A stretch of 63,777 bases of DNA, the filler included, from Lama guanicoe (taxonomy: Eukaryota): the NCBI GenBank assembly GCA_013239625.1. It is 208 parts of 208 records of this genome, joined end to end, with 100 filler letters (N's around TTAATTAATTAA, not from the genome) between each part and the next. Parts side by side here need not be neighbours in the genome. Positions count along the whole stretch, not along the records: positions 1 to 207 come from PNXV01034369.1; positions 308 to 514 come from PNXV01034370.1; positions 615 to 821 come from PNXV01034371.1; positions 922 to 1,128 come from PNXV01034372.1; positions 1,229 to 1,435 come from PNXV01034373.1; positions 1,536 to 1,742 come from PNXV01034374.1; positions 1,843 to 2,049 come from PNXV01034375.1; positions 2,150 to 2,356 come from PNXV01034376.1; 200 more parts are not named here. The stretch is one strand, 5' to 3'. The notes beneath the pieces were generated by a model. The model did no database searches, was not told the origin of the DNA, and worked only from the letters and a program-made list of their open reading frames with translations. The position numbers were made by a program, and so were the translations under genes. Positions 1 to 11,489 of the stretch are shown here, piece after piece (within the stretch, counting starts at the first letter, position 1; every line of letters starts with the position of its first letter).

Positions 1-307
1 TCATATATTCACTCATTCAACAAAGTGTGCCACTTACTGACTTAAAATTCAAGCTAGGCTTAAATTGATAAATCCTGTTAGCCAGAACTTCACTTTAAAT
101 ACCTCTAATACCATGACAACACAATAATTAGAATAGATCTGTAGACCCATTCCGTATTTTAAAAATCATAATAAGCACGTGAAATTGGGAAGGAGGAACC
201 AAATGATNNNNNNNNNNNNNNNNNNNNNNNNNNNNNNNNNNNNNNNNNNNNTTAATTAATTAANNNNNNNNNNNNNNNNNNNNNNNNNNNNNNNNNNNNN
301 NNNNNNN

Positions 308-514
308 CAAGACACATGATTTGTCAAAATTCTGAAAACTAAAGACCAAGAAAAAAATTTTAGAAGTACTTAGAGTGAGTGAGACAGTACTTACATATGG
401 GGGAAAATAACTTCAATGACACCAAACTTCCCAGCAGAAACCACTGCAATCAGAAGTAGCTAGCACACAGTTTTTTAAGTGCCTGAAAGACAAGAACTAT
501 TAATCTAGAATTCT
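308..514 (+). mobile_element. Old LINE-1 ORF1 fragment
   Basis: A-rich; CAAGACACAT...CTGAAAACTAAAGAC...CAGCAGAAAC...CTAGAATTCT matches the L1 ORF1 RRM/CTD region. Confidence 0.7.
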
Positions 515-1234
515 NNNNNNNNNNNNNNNNNNNNNNNNNNNNNNNNNNNNNNNNNNNNTTAATTAATTAANNNNNNNNNNNNNNNNNNNNNNNNNNNNNN
601 NNNNNNNNNNNNNNCAATCATTGTATGTATATATGAATCAGATCAACTTCGTTTTCATTAAATAACTATAATATATTTGTCTGTTCATTTTATCAAGTGC
701 TGAGTACATGAAAAATTTCCCATAGTATATTTTTATCCTGTATTTGTATTTTTTTCAGTTCTGCAAGTGTGTATATATATCCATATATATATGTGTGTAT
801 ATGTAATGAGGTTTTGATATTNNNNNNNNNNNNNNNNNNNNNNNNNNNNNNNNNNNNNNNNNNNNTTAATTAATTAANNNNNNNNNNNNNNNNNNNNNNN
901 NNNNNNNNNNNNNNNNNNNNNCGTTCATCTATATTTAGCAAGTGTTTTGCTAATATCCGAGGAGTCACCAGCAATGCAGCTGCTTCGTCCCCACAGGAAA
1001 GCCCCCTTTAGGGGCTAACTCTGCTCCATGAGGATCTGCTCCCGAACATTCCTCTGTGTGAAGACGAGCAATGCACTTTTTGATTTTTAAATTAGCTGCC
1101 TAATGCTTCTATCTTTTCTCCCCTTTTGNNNNNNNNNNNNNNNNNNNNNNNNNNNNNNNNNNNNNNNNNNNNTTAATTAATTAANNNNNNNNNNNNNNNN
1201 NNNNNNNNNNNNNNNNNNNNNNNNNNNNTGCTAG

Positions 1235-1410
1235 TGGCCAGGGGATTAAATATGAGGTTTGTTTCGGGGTTGATGAACATATTCTAAAATGGGGATGGTG
1301 ATTATGGTTGCATGACTTCACAAATATACTAAAAATGACTGAATGGTACCCTTAAAAATGGCGGGGTTCATTTGATGAAACTGTGCCTCAATAAAGCTGT
1401 TGTAAAAATA
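1235..1410 (+). mobile_element. L1M 3' end
   Basis: GGGGTTGATGAACATATTCTAAAAT...GGTTGCA...CTCAATAAAGCTGTT, with poly(A) signal at 1390-1395. Confidence 0.8.
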
Positions 1411-2796
1411 CAGATACATGTGACAGCTGAGGACANNNNNNNNNNNNNNNNNNNNNNNNNNNNNNNNNNNNNNNNNNNNTTAATTAATTAANNNNNNNNN
1501 NNNNNNNNNNNNNNNNNNNNNNNNNNNNNNNNNNNAAACTCGGTGATGCTTTGGTTCAGTTTGCCTTTTGATGTGGTCCACTTAGTTACTTATTTTGTTG
1601 GTTGATAGGAAATGACTGACTGAAAAGAGGTGGGGGAGGAGGTGAGAGGAGCAGGCTGGGAAGGTGGAGAAAATAAGGGCATATTTAGCTCCTGAAAAGA
1701 CATAAAAACCAAATAACTAAGAAAGACACTGCATAATTGCATNNNNNNNNNNNNNNNNNNNNNNNNNNNNNNNNNNNNNNNNNNNNTTAATTAATTAANN
1801 NNNNNNNNNNNNNNNNNNNNNNNNNNNNNNNNNNNNNNNNNNATCAAGATCTCTGGCTTCCAGATATATTTTTAATTGAGACCAGCTGGGCTCCTGTACA
1901 TTTTGAGGAAATTATTTTTGACCCTGGTGTGTGCTCCTCTAGACTCTGCACCCAGATGCCTTTTTTCTGCTTCCCCAGGGAGGTGACTGATAAGGGGCCG
2001 GCACCAAGGTCCCAAGGCCTGGGGAGGACACGTTAGGTTTCAAACCAAANNNNNNNNNNNNNNNNNNNNNNNNNNNNNNNNNNNNNNNNNNNNTTAATTA
2101 ATTAANNNNNNNNNNNNNNNNNNNNNNNNNNNNNNNNNNNNNNNNNNNNTAGCGGAGGACGGAGGTTCTTTCTGGTTCCAGGGATGCTCCTGCCTGGCTT
2201 CAGTCCGACAGCACTGAATGGTCAGCAGCAACAGGAACTCCTAGCCATGCTCACCCCCAGCCAGATGCAGTGGCACGAACCCTGCAGGCAGCTTCCCAGA
2301 GTTCCATGGAGCAGCAGCCACCTGTGGGCAGCCTCCCCTGGCCCCACAGAGTGCTCNNNNNNNNNNNNNNNNNNNNNNNNNNNNNNNNNNNNNNNNNNNN
2401 TTAATTAATTAANNNNNNNNNNNNNNNNNNNNNNNNNNNNNNNNNNNNNNNNNNNNCAAGAAGACAAAAGTGAAAGCTGATGGTAAAATGCAACAGCACA
2501 TCTTTTCATGCGACTTACACCATTAGACTACAAGTGTTTATCATGCTCTTCAATTTGTCCTCTGATTCAGGAAGTCCACAGTTGTGATGGCAGTTAATTT
2601 GAATGTGCAGTTCGCTTCTCGTCAGAGAAAGTGTTATGAATTGATCAGCCTGGATACACACTTNNNNNNNNNNNNNNNNNNNNNNNNNNNNNNNNNNNNN
2701 NNNNNNNTTAATTAATTAANNNNNNNNNNNNNNNNNNNNNNNNNNNNNNNNNNNNNNNNNNNNGGGTCTCTGGGACTAGACTGGACAATTTTCACG

Positions 2797-2849
2797 TCCC
2801 AGGTGGTGCTGACGCTGCTGGTCCAGAGACCACACTTTGAGAACCACTG
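2797..2849 (+). mobile_element. MER5A (hAT-Charlie) terminal fragment
   Basis: CCCAGGTGGTGCTGACGCTGCTGGTCCAGAGACCACACTTTGAGAACCACTG. The complementary TIR CAGTGGTTCTCAAACTT occurs at about 38252 in another contig. Confidence 0.85.
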
Positions 2850-3377
2850 GCGTAGTAAAGCCTGCTGATACCTTGCCCAGATCCCCCGCATGCCACTGGG
2901 TACACCATCCCTCAGCTACTGTAGATATTGGCTGCTAATGCTTCCCAGCTGCCTCCCTGCTGGAGGATCANNNNNNNNNNNNNNNNNNNNNNNNNNNNNN
3001 NNNNNNNNNNNNNNTTAATTAATTAANNNNNNNNNNNNNNNNNNNNNNNNNNNNNNNNNNNNNNNNNNNNTCACCAGACATCCGTCCCTTCCTTCTCCAT
3101 TCAAAGTGGCTGCTAGACGTGGGCCGGTGTCCCCTACGACGTGGTGGCCTGGGGACTGCTCGGAGAGTCAGCTGGGCCCATCGCTGGCTTCTTCACCTCT
3201 CGTGGGTCACCGTCTTGCCCTGCTTTTTGTTTAGGGTCTCACACCAGCCTTCCAGACTGTGTCCCCGTTACTTTTTTNNNNNNNNNNNNNNNNNNNNNNN
3301 NNNNNNNNNNNNNNNNNNNNNTTAATTAATTAANNNNNNNNNNNNNNNNNNNNNNNNNNNNNNNNNNNNNNNNNNNN

Positions 3378-3584
3378 TGGTTTCTTCTGAAGGCTCTAAG
3401 GGAAGGATCTATTCCAGGACTCTCTCCTTGGCTTATAGACTATCTTCTTTCTGTGCCTCTTCACATATTCCCTCTGTGAGATCTGTGTGTCCAAACTCGC
3501 CCCTTTATGAGGGCACCAGTCATATTGGAATAAGACTCATCCTAATGACCTCACTTTAGCTTCATTACCTCTTTAAAGACACTT
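3378..3584 (-). mobile_element. MLT1 (MaLR) LTR fragment
   Basis: GGCACCAGTCATATTGGA...CATCCTAATGACCTCA...ATTACCTCTTTAAAGAC is typical MLT1 antisense. Confidence 0.8.
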
Positions 3585-4088
3585 NNNNNNNNNNNNNNNN
3601 NNNNNNNNNNNNNNNNNNNNNNNNNNNNTTAATTAATTAANNNNNNNNNNNNNNNNNNNNNNNNNNNNNNNNNNNNNNNNNNNNAAAGTTATATTTTTAT
3701 AGTGTCATTTTCCACGATCGTGCTCCTCTTTACATATAACAAAAGCTACTGACCTGCCATATGTATATTAAGCACCTAATATTTTCCAGCTACCGTGCTA
3801 GGTGAGAAAGCAATGGGAAACTAGTATTTGTTATATAGTCTAACTAGTGTTGTAAGAGCAGTAGGTAAAAACTTCTGTGGGAGAATAAAAANNNNNNNNN
3901 NNNNNNNNNNNNNNNNNNNNNNNNNNNNNNNNNNNTTAATTAATTAANNNNNNNNNNNNNNNNNNNNNNNNNNNNNNNNNNNNNNNNNNNNATCAGGGAG
4001 GCAGGAGGTAAATGATGAAATTAAAGATATTCATAGCAGGCAATGAAGACCAGAGAAAAAGTGTGGCGCAGAGCACGCAGGCCACGGT

Positions 4089-4120
4089 GGGGCTGGCGGG
4101 GCTGGCGGGGCTGGCGGGGC
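4089..4120 (+). repeat. (GGGGCTGGC)3 GGGGC tandem repeat
   Basis: Read directly from the sequence. Confidence 0.9.
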
Positions 4121-4605
4121 AGGATCTGGCAGAGCTCTGGAGCAGGTACATGTTGTAGGGGATCAGGAGCTGAAGCAAGCCGGGGAGGCTGGCAGATGNN
4201 NNNNNNNNNNNNNNNNNNNNNNNNNNNNNNNNNNNNNNNNNNTTAATTAATTAANNNNNNNNNNNNNNNNNNNNNNNNNNNNNNNNNNNNNNNNNNNNTA
4301 GTATGTTTCCCTTCTTGCATTGCTCTATGAGGATATACTGGATGAGAAATTTGAAGTTATTTTAAAGGTCCCTAATAGTCCTTGGAAAAACATATCTATC
4401 ACTATTTTGTCCATCTCATTCTCTGGATATTTCTGGCAGTCCCATACCTCTAGTAATACTTCCTTGTTTTTGCAACACTGGAAAGTTCTAGGTCTCTTCT
4501 GACCANNNNNNNNNNNNNNNNNNNNNNNNNNNNNNNNNNNNNNNNNNNNTTAATTAATTAANNNNNNNNNNNNNNNNNNNNNNNNNNNNNNNNNNNNNNN
4601 NNNNN

Positions 4606-4812
4606 ATATATAGTAGTTAATGTTTGCATATCTCAAACTCTCAATTTATCCCTCCCCATCCCCTTTCCCCCAGTAATCATAAGATTGTTTACTGTCTGCG
4701 AGTCACTTTGTCTTGTAGATGAGTTCATCAGTGTCTTGTTTCTTTTTTCAGATTCCACATAGAAGTGATATTATATGGTATTTTTCTTTCTCATTCTGAC
4801 TTCCTTTACTTA
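4606..4812 (-). mobile_element. LINE-1 3' UTR (younger, lineage-type)
   Basis: AGATTCCACATA...GTGATATTATATGGTATTTTTCTTTCTC...CTGACTT...ACTTA. Confidence 0.85.
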
Positions 4813-6804
4813 NNNNNNNNNNNNNNNNNNNNNNNNNNNNNNNNNNNNNNNNNNNNTTAATTAATTAANNNNNNNNNNNNNNNNNNNNNNNNNNNNNNNN
4901 NNNNNNNNNNNNTTATGTTTAGTCAGTAATAATGTTAGATTGATGGCTTTAAGGATGGGTAGAAATTTTATATTTCTCTATATGTCAAAACACAAGTACT
5001 AAATTTAGTAGTAAGTAGATCTACCCATAGAAATGATGGTAGTGACAGCGACAATGGTGGTGATGGTGGCAGTGGTGATGCCAGTGATGATAATGTTGGT
5101 TTCATGACATTAACCAGGGNNNNNNNNNNNNNNNNNNNNNNNNNNNNNNNNNNNNNNNNNNNNTTAATTAATTAANNNNNNNNNNNNNNNNNNNNNNNNN
5201 NNNNNNNNNNNNNNNNNNNGCTTTTTATTATAGTTTAAAATCAGTGACAGTGATACATTCTTTTTGTTCTTTGTCAAACTTGTATGTGTTTTTAGTTTGT
5301 TTTCTTTCCTTTCTTTCTTCTTTTTTAATGATTTGAACTCTTGTGTCTCTACATGTATATTTTACAATTATTTATTGTAAGTGTCTGAAAATGCCCTTGG
5401 TATTTTGATAGGCTCTGAATTTAATTNNNNNNNNNNNNNNNNNNNNNNNNNNNNNNNNNNNNNNNNNNNNTTAATTAATTAANNNNNNNNNNNNNNNNNN
5501 NNNNNNNNNNNNNNNNNNNNNNNNNNTAAACACCAGCATTTGCTAAGTTAATCTCTGGAATCATTTGACCAATCTTGGATGATTAATTTAGCAGTTCTGC
5601 TTCTCAGTTTCCTCACTGATTAAATTGGATTTTATGGTGAAAATCTTGCAGAGTTGTCTTCAGGATTAAATAAGATGCCTCATGGTTTAATATATAGTGT
5701 TTGGTGAGAAACTCCTGTTGCTGTTTTTTTTTTNNNNNNNNNNNNNNNNNNNNNNNNNNNNNNNNNNNNNNNNNNNNTTAATTAATTAANNNNNNNNNNN
5801 NNNNNNNNNNNNNNNNNNNNNNNNNNNNNNNNNGGAAATGGAGGAAGTCTTCACTCCAGCCCCACCTGGTCCATTTAATGCTTATTAGGCTCTTGCTTTG
5901 ACTGTACATGGAGGTATTCTATCCTTTAATCAGTGCTTAAAACCGATCCAAATATTATTTAAATGCCTTCTTTCCCCAGGCCAAAATAAATTGAAAATTG
6001 GTTCTCAATGAAGGAGTGAAACCTATTAGTCGCTCCTCTGNNNNNNNNNNNNNNNNNNNNNNNNNNNNNNNNNNNNNNNNNNNNTTAATTAATTAANNNN
6101 NNNNNNNNNNNNNNNNNNNNNNNNNNNNNNNNNNNNNNNNTGTGATCTCATATGTAGAAAATTTATTAAAGTTTTGAGAATAGTTACCTCTTGGCCATAA
6201 ACATGTCTAATTATACATATTTTAATTGAATCTTGATGAGACTTTAGAGAAGGGTGTCTTGTTTTGAATTGTTCTTGGTGCTTGAAATATGATTTTAAAT
6301 CAGTTTTAGCCTAGCTTTAAAAATAATAGCATAGTCCTTATACTATANNNNNNNNNNNNNNNNNNNNNNNNNNNNNNNNNNNNNNNNNNNNTTAATTAAT
6401 TAANNNNNNNNNNNNNNNNNNNNNNNNNNNNNNNNNNNNNNNNNNNNAGTCCCCTTAGCACTATCTTCAAACACATTTTAAGCCTCATCAGCCTTACTCC
6501 TCCAACCCTGTTCACTACTATCCTCTCCCTTCTCACGTATAGCCGCCACCAGCTGGTTTTCCAGCATCCAAACTTGCCTACCTGCAACCTTCTACTCTCA
6601 CCCTTCCAGCACACATGTGGCCTGTGCTTCACACCACAACAGCAGTGGCCCTTTNNNNNNNNNNNNNNNNNNNNNNNNNNNNNNNNNNNNNNNNNNNNTT
6701 AATTAATTAANNNNNNNNNNNNNNNNNNNNNNNNNNNNNNNNNNNNNNNNNNNNTTAAAAATACTTAAAAATAAATATTACTTTCTCAGCATATTGTGAA
6801 ATGC

Positions 6805-6955
6805 AAGAATTGAAGCCAGATTGCCTGGATTGGAATTCTGGGCAGACACAGGGGCTTCGGCAAGTGATTTAGACTTTCTGGGCCTCATTTTCTTCCTGGG
6901 TAAAGTACCTACTGTATTACCTACTTCCCAGGATTGTTGAGAGGATTAAAATGTC
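6805..6955 (+). mobile_element. MIR SINE
   Basis: GCCAGATTGCCTGG...GGCAAGTGATTTAGACTTTCTGGGCCTCA...TACCTACTTCCCAGGATTGTTGAGAGGATTAAA. Confidence 0.75.
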
Positions 6956-7061
6956 TTTAAGNNNNNNNNNNNNNNNNNNNNNNNNNNNNNNNNNNNNNNN
7001 NNNNNTTAATTAATTAANNNNNNNNNNNNNNNNNNNNNNNNNNNNNNNNNNNNNNNNNNNN

Positions 7062-7268
7062 CTTTCCAAAGTGACCTACAGATTTAATGCAGCTACTATC
7101 AACATCACAGCGGCCTTTTCCTTGCAGAAATGGAAAATACAATCCTAAAATTCATATGTAACTTCGAGGTATCCAAGCAGCCAAATAATCTTGAAAAAGA
7201 AAAACAAAGTTGGCAGACGTAGATTTCTCAATTTTAAATTCACTACGAAGCTGTCCTTATCAAAACAA
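7062..7268 (+). mobile_element. LINE-1 ORF2 fragment
   Basis: CTACAGATTTAATGCA...CCTAAAATTCATATG...CTTGAAAAAGAAAAACAAAGTTGG. Confidence 0.85.
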
Positions 7269-7803
7269 NNNNNNNNNNNNNNNNNNNNNNNNNNNNNNNN
7301 NNNNNNNNNNNNTTAATTAATTAANNNNNNNNNNNNNNNNNNNNNNNNNNNNNNNNNNNNNNNNNNNNAGCTACAATCACTTTGTTATTCTGTTTCTGAT
7401 TCTGAAAAAAAAAAAAAAACACACAAAAGACTGGTCCTTATGGCATAACCCAGGAATACAGAACAGGATGGTCTAATGAATGACCCCCAAAGCTCTCTCT
7501 TTGCTGCCCAGAAACCAGATAGCTGAGAAGATAAGTTACACCCCTGGCAAGGAGATGAACTGAGCCTGACTCAACNNNNNNNNNNNNNNNNNNNNNNNNN
7601 NNNNNNNNNNNNNNNNNNNTTAATTAATTAANNNNNNNNNNNNNNNNNNNNNNNNNNNNNNNNNNNNNNNNNNNNTGAAAATGCCTTTTTGTTATGATAT
7701 GTGGCGAGGGTGGGGAATATTTTTAGGGGCATCTCATCCCTGAGTCCCCGAATTCTGTGCTACTGGGCCCTGCCACCACCCCATGTCTCTCATTGCCTTG
7801 CAG

Positions 7804-7882
7804 AGCGAGTTCCTTACTTCCGAGTTACCGTCATGCCCTTACTGACTCTGCCTCGACCCAGACAACGAGCCAAAAATATTTA
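7804..7882 (+). CDS. LAX1: Partial internal coding exon of lymphocyte transmembrane adaptor 1 (juxtamembrane cytoplasmic part); truncated by contig end
   Basis: Pyrimidine-rich tract and CAG acceptor (7801-7803), then xAG-RVPYFRVTVMPLLTLPRPRQRAKNI(Y). Recalled human LAX1 reads QVPYLRVTVMPLLTLPQTRQRAKNIY. Similarity starts at the acceptor. Confidence 0.88.
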
Positions 7883-8602
7883 NNNNNNNNNNNNNNNNNN
7901 NNNNNNNNNNNNNNNNNNNNNNNNNNTTAATTAATTAANNNNNNNNNNNNNNNNNNNNNNNNNNNNNNNNNNNNNNNNNNNNGACCCTGGCTTCTGCCAC
8001 TTTAGCCAGCCAGTCACAAACCTTTTATAGGACTTGGTTTTTCTCTTCTGTAAAATGGGGGCATTATCTTGTGAAGGATGATCTGAAGCCTAAAACACTC
8101 CAGGAGGATGCAGCAGGAGAGAGCTTGCTGACTTGCGACGTTCTGAGCCAAATTCAATGAGAACACCTCCCCCACCCCGGACCTTTCACNNNNNNNNNNN
8201 NNNNNNNNNNNNNNNNNNNNNNNNNNNNNNNNNTTAATTAATTAANNNNNNNNNNNNNNNNNNNNNNNNNNNNNNNNNNNNNNNNNNNNACAGCTCTTCC
8301 TCCGTCACAACATCCTCCTTTTCACGAGTCAGCATCATGCTCCGAACATCTCCGTTCATCAGCCCCTTGCTTTATTTGCAGTCCCTTCCCTCCCCACGCA
8401 GATCCCTGACGATGCATCCCCCTCCCTGGTCCTGTACGGTGGAAATGGACTCACACTGTGGATCTTTTTCTTCCCAATATTACCTTTGCTAGATTANNNN
8501 NNNNNNNNNNNNNNNNNNNNNNNNNNNNNNNNNNNNNNNNTTAATTAATTAANNNNNNNNNNNNNNNNNNNNNNNNNNNNNNNNNNNNNNNNNNNNAACT
8601 TC

Positions 8603-8735
8603 CATAAGTATTATTATTCCCATTTTATAGGTGGGCAAACTGAGGCCGACATGTATTAAATCAAATACCCAAGGTTAGAATTAGTTTATCTCTCAGGAAG
8701 AATTCAAATCAAGGCCTGTCTAAACCCAAAGGCAG
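8603..8735 (-). mobile_element. MIR SINE
   Basis: ATTATTCCCATTTTATAGGTGGGCAAACTGAGGC is the MIR core in antisense. Confidence 0.75.
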
Positions 8736-8959
8736 ACACTGGTCCCAGAACCACGCAGCAGCTCCCCTAGGAGCCTGGTGGGCCCCAGGTCTCAGATAAT
8801 GCCNNNNNNNNNNNNNNNNNNNNNNNNNNNNNNNNNNNNNNNNNNNNTTAATTAATTAANNNNNNNNNNNNNNNNNNNNNNNNNNNNNNNNNNNNNNNNN
8901 NNNCACACACACACAGGGCAGAAAATAGTGGTATGAAACTCTGATGTACTAAAGAACAT

Positions 8960-9110
8960 TTCTGACCTAGAATTCCAGACTAGGGGAAAAATAGCTTTCA
9001 AGAAAGAGGGTGAAATATTGATTTTAAAGCAAACAAAACTGAAAGAGTTTACTGAGAAGCAGTTTGCACTAAAGGAAATGCTAAAGGAGGTATTTCATGC
9101 AAAAGGAAAG
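8960..9110 (+). mobile_element. Old LINE-1 ORF1 3' fragment
   Basis: ACCTAGAATTC...AAACAAAAACTGAAAGAGTTTA...CACTAAAGGAAATGCTAAAGGAGG. Confidence 0.75.
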
Positions 9111-9517
9111 NNNNNNNNNNNNNNNNNNNNNNNNNNNNNNNNNNNNNNNNNNNNTTAATTAATTAANNNNNNNNNNNNNNNNNNNNNNNNNNNNNNNNNN
9201 NNNNNNNNNNTTGAGACTTGTCAATTTATATCACTCATATTGTCATTCTAGAAAGATCTATAAAGTTGGATTGCAAAAGCTCCATTTTTCTTTCTGAATT
9301 CCCTCAACGTCTGTTTTATTCATCCCATTTTTATTTATGTATTTATTTTATTGAAGTACAATCAGTTCACACCGTGTCAGTTTCTGGTGTGTACCAGTCA
9401 CGCATATGCAAAAGCTCNNNNNNNNNNNNNNNNNNNNNNNNNNNNNNNNNNNNNNNNNNNNTTAATTAATTAANNNNNNNNNNNNNNNNNNNNNNNNNNN
9501 NNNNNNNNNNNNNNNNN

Positions 9518-9724
9518 TTTTTAAAACAGGGACCTGAGGTCTTGTGTTGCCTCGCAATGTAGGTTTCCCTGGTTCCTGTTGGGGCCTATTAGTTACAGGT
9601 TTTATTCTGGACGATGCACCCAGCCAGCAGTTCCTGGTAGGTTAACAGCAGTTGGGGTGCTTAGTAAGACCTGATACGGTCCCTTCCATGTTGCTTGCAG
9701 CTGGTCTTCAGGGGACCCCTCCTC
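9518..9724 (-). mobile_element. Decayed ERV1 (gamma-like) pol, integrase C-terminal GPY/F region
   Basis: Minus strand reads EEGSPEDQLQATWKGPYQVLLSTPTAVNLPGTAGWVH, then SRIKPV after a 1-nt frameshift, then CEATQDLRSLF* after another. These match WxGPYxVLLxTPTAVK...WVHxSRIK and CEPxEDLxLLF of class I ERV pol ends. Confidence 0.85.
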
Positions 9725-10131
9725 NNNNNNNNNNNNNNNNNNNNNNNNNNNNNNNNNNNNNNNNNNNNTTAATTAATTAANNNNNNNNNNNNNNNNNNNN
9801 NNNNNNNNNNNNNNNNNNNNNNNNAAAAATCTTTTACTCAGTGAAAAGCAATAGAAGGGGACAGTAAAATAATAGAAAGAAATAAGAACTTAGTGTCTAT
9901 TACCCTAAATTTAAAACTTGATGACCTTGGTCAATTAATTCACTTAACCTCTCAGAGACTCACTTTTTTTCTCACTGTAAAGTGAAACTAAAAATAAAAC
10001 AAGGATGCAGTCATATTTTTATGTTAAAGAGNNNNNNNNNNNNNNNNNNNNNNNNNNNNNNNNNNNNNNNNNNNNTTAATTAATTAANNNNNNNNNNNNN
10101 NNNNNNNNNNNNNNNNNNNNNNNNNNNNNNN

Positions 10132-10338
10132 CCATTTACAGCTGCATTAAAAATACTTAGGAACAAATTTAACCAAGGACATGAAAGCTTGTAAACTGAA
10201 TATTATATGACATTGATTAAAAAAACTGAAGAAGACATAAATTATTGAAAAGATATGCCATGTTCATAGATTGGAAGAATTAAAATGTTAAAAATATCCA
10301 TATTACCTAAAACAATCTATAGATTCAATGCAATTCCT
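10132..10338 (+). mobile_element. LINE-1 ORF2 fragment
   Basis: AAATACTTAGGAACAAATTTAACCAAGGA...CCATGTTCATAGATTGGAAGAAT...ATCTATAGATTCAATGCAATTCC. Confidence 0.9.
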
Positions 10339-11399
10339 NNNNNNNNNNNNNNNNNNNNNNNNNNNNNNNNNNNNNNNNNNNNTTAATTAATTAANNNNNN
10401 NNNNNNNNNNNNNNNNNNNNNNNNNNNNNNNNNNNNNNACATCCTTATAGTGGCTAGGGCATGGAGGATTACACTGCAGAAAGTACATCTACCATCTCAA
10501 AGTTTAACAAGATGTATTTCTTTTTCATACAAAGTCCACCACATATCAGGGTGAGTGTCCAGGAGAACCTTCATCCATGTAGCAAGTTAACAATCTAGGT
10601 CACTTCAACTCTCTGGTTCTATAATCTTATCAATTGTTCTCTTAGNNNNNNNNNNNNNNNNNNNNNNNNNNNNNNNNNNNNNNNNNNNNTTAATTAATTA
10701 ANNNNNNNNNNNNNNNNNNNNNNNNNNNNNNNNNNNNNNNNNNNNACAGGAGCATATTCTTTTAGTGAAACGCGAAAGCTGGTCTCCAGGCCACAGCTGC
10801 GCCTTGCAGCTCGCAGGGCAAGCCACTCATTCGGAGAGACGCTCGGAAAGGTGGTAAAAGGCTGGTTTAGCACTTTATTTGTCCCAATTATCTGCTCCTG
10901 CCGATTAGGGTGAATGGAACATCACGGCCTTGTTTATCACGGGCTTTACAGCNNNNNNNNNNNNNNNNNNNNNNNNNNNNNNNNNNNNNNNNNNNNTTAA
11001 TTAATTAANNNNNNNNNNNNNNNNNNNNNNNNNNNNNNNNNNNNNNNNNNNNCGTGGAGGAGGAGCTGGGTGAGGACCACGCCAGAGTCAAGGCACTCTT
11101 CTCAAGGTGCTGGAAGGGAAGCGAATTAGGGGGTGGATGGGTCCAGGCTTTGTTCAATGGGTCAGCCTCCCTTGGACGGAGAGCGCGCCCACCCCGTCTG
11201 GCTGGCCTGAGTTGATGGGGTGCTCAGAGAAGAGGTGGAGAGAGTAGGAATGACAGGGGNNNNNNNNNNNNNNNNNNNNNNNNNNNNNNNNNNNNNNNNN
11301 NNNTTAATTAATTAANNNNNNNNNNNNNNNNNNNNNNNNNNNNNNNNNNNNNNNNNNNNAAAGATTGGAAAAAAGATGTGAATTCAAATGCTGATTCTT

Positions 11400-11489
11400 T
11401 TTTTTTTTTTTTAATGGAGTCACTGGGGATTGAACCCATGACCTAGTGTACTACCACTGAGCTACACCCCCCCACTCCCTGACAACAAC
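11400..11489 (-). mobile_element. Short tRNA-derived SINE (vic-1-like, internally deleted) with poly(A) tail and 15-bp target-site duplication
   Basis: Minus strand: GGGGGGGTGTAGCTCAGTGGTAG-TACACT-AGGTCATGGGTTCAATCCCCAGTGACTCCATTA(n). Direct repeat CAAATGCTGATTCTT at 11385-11399 and 11490-11504. Confidence 0.88.
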
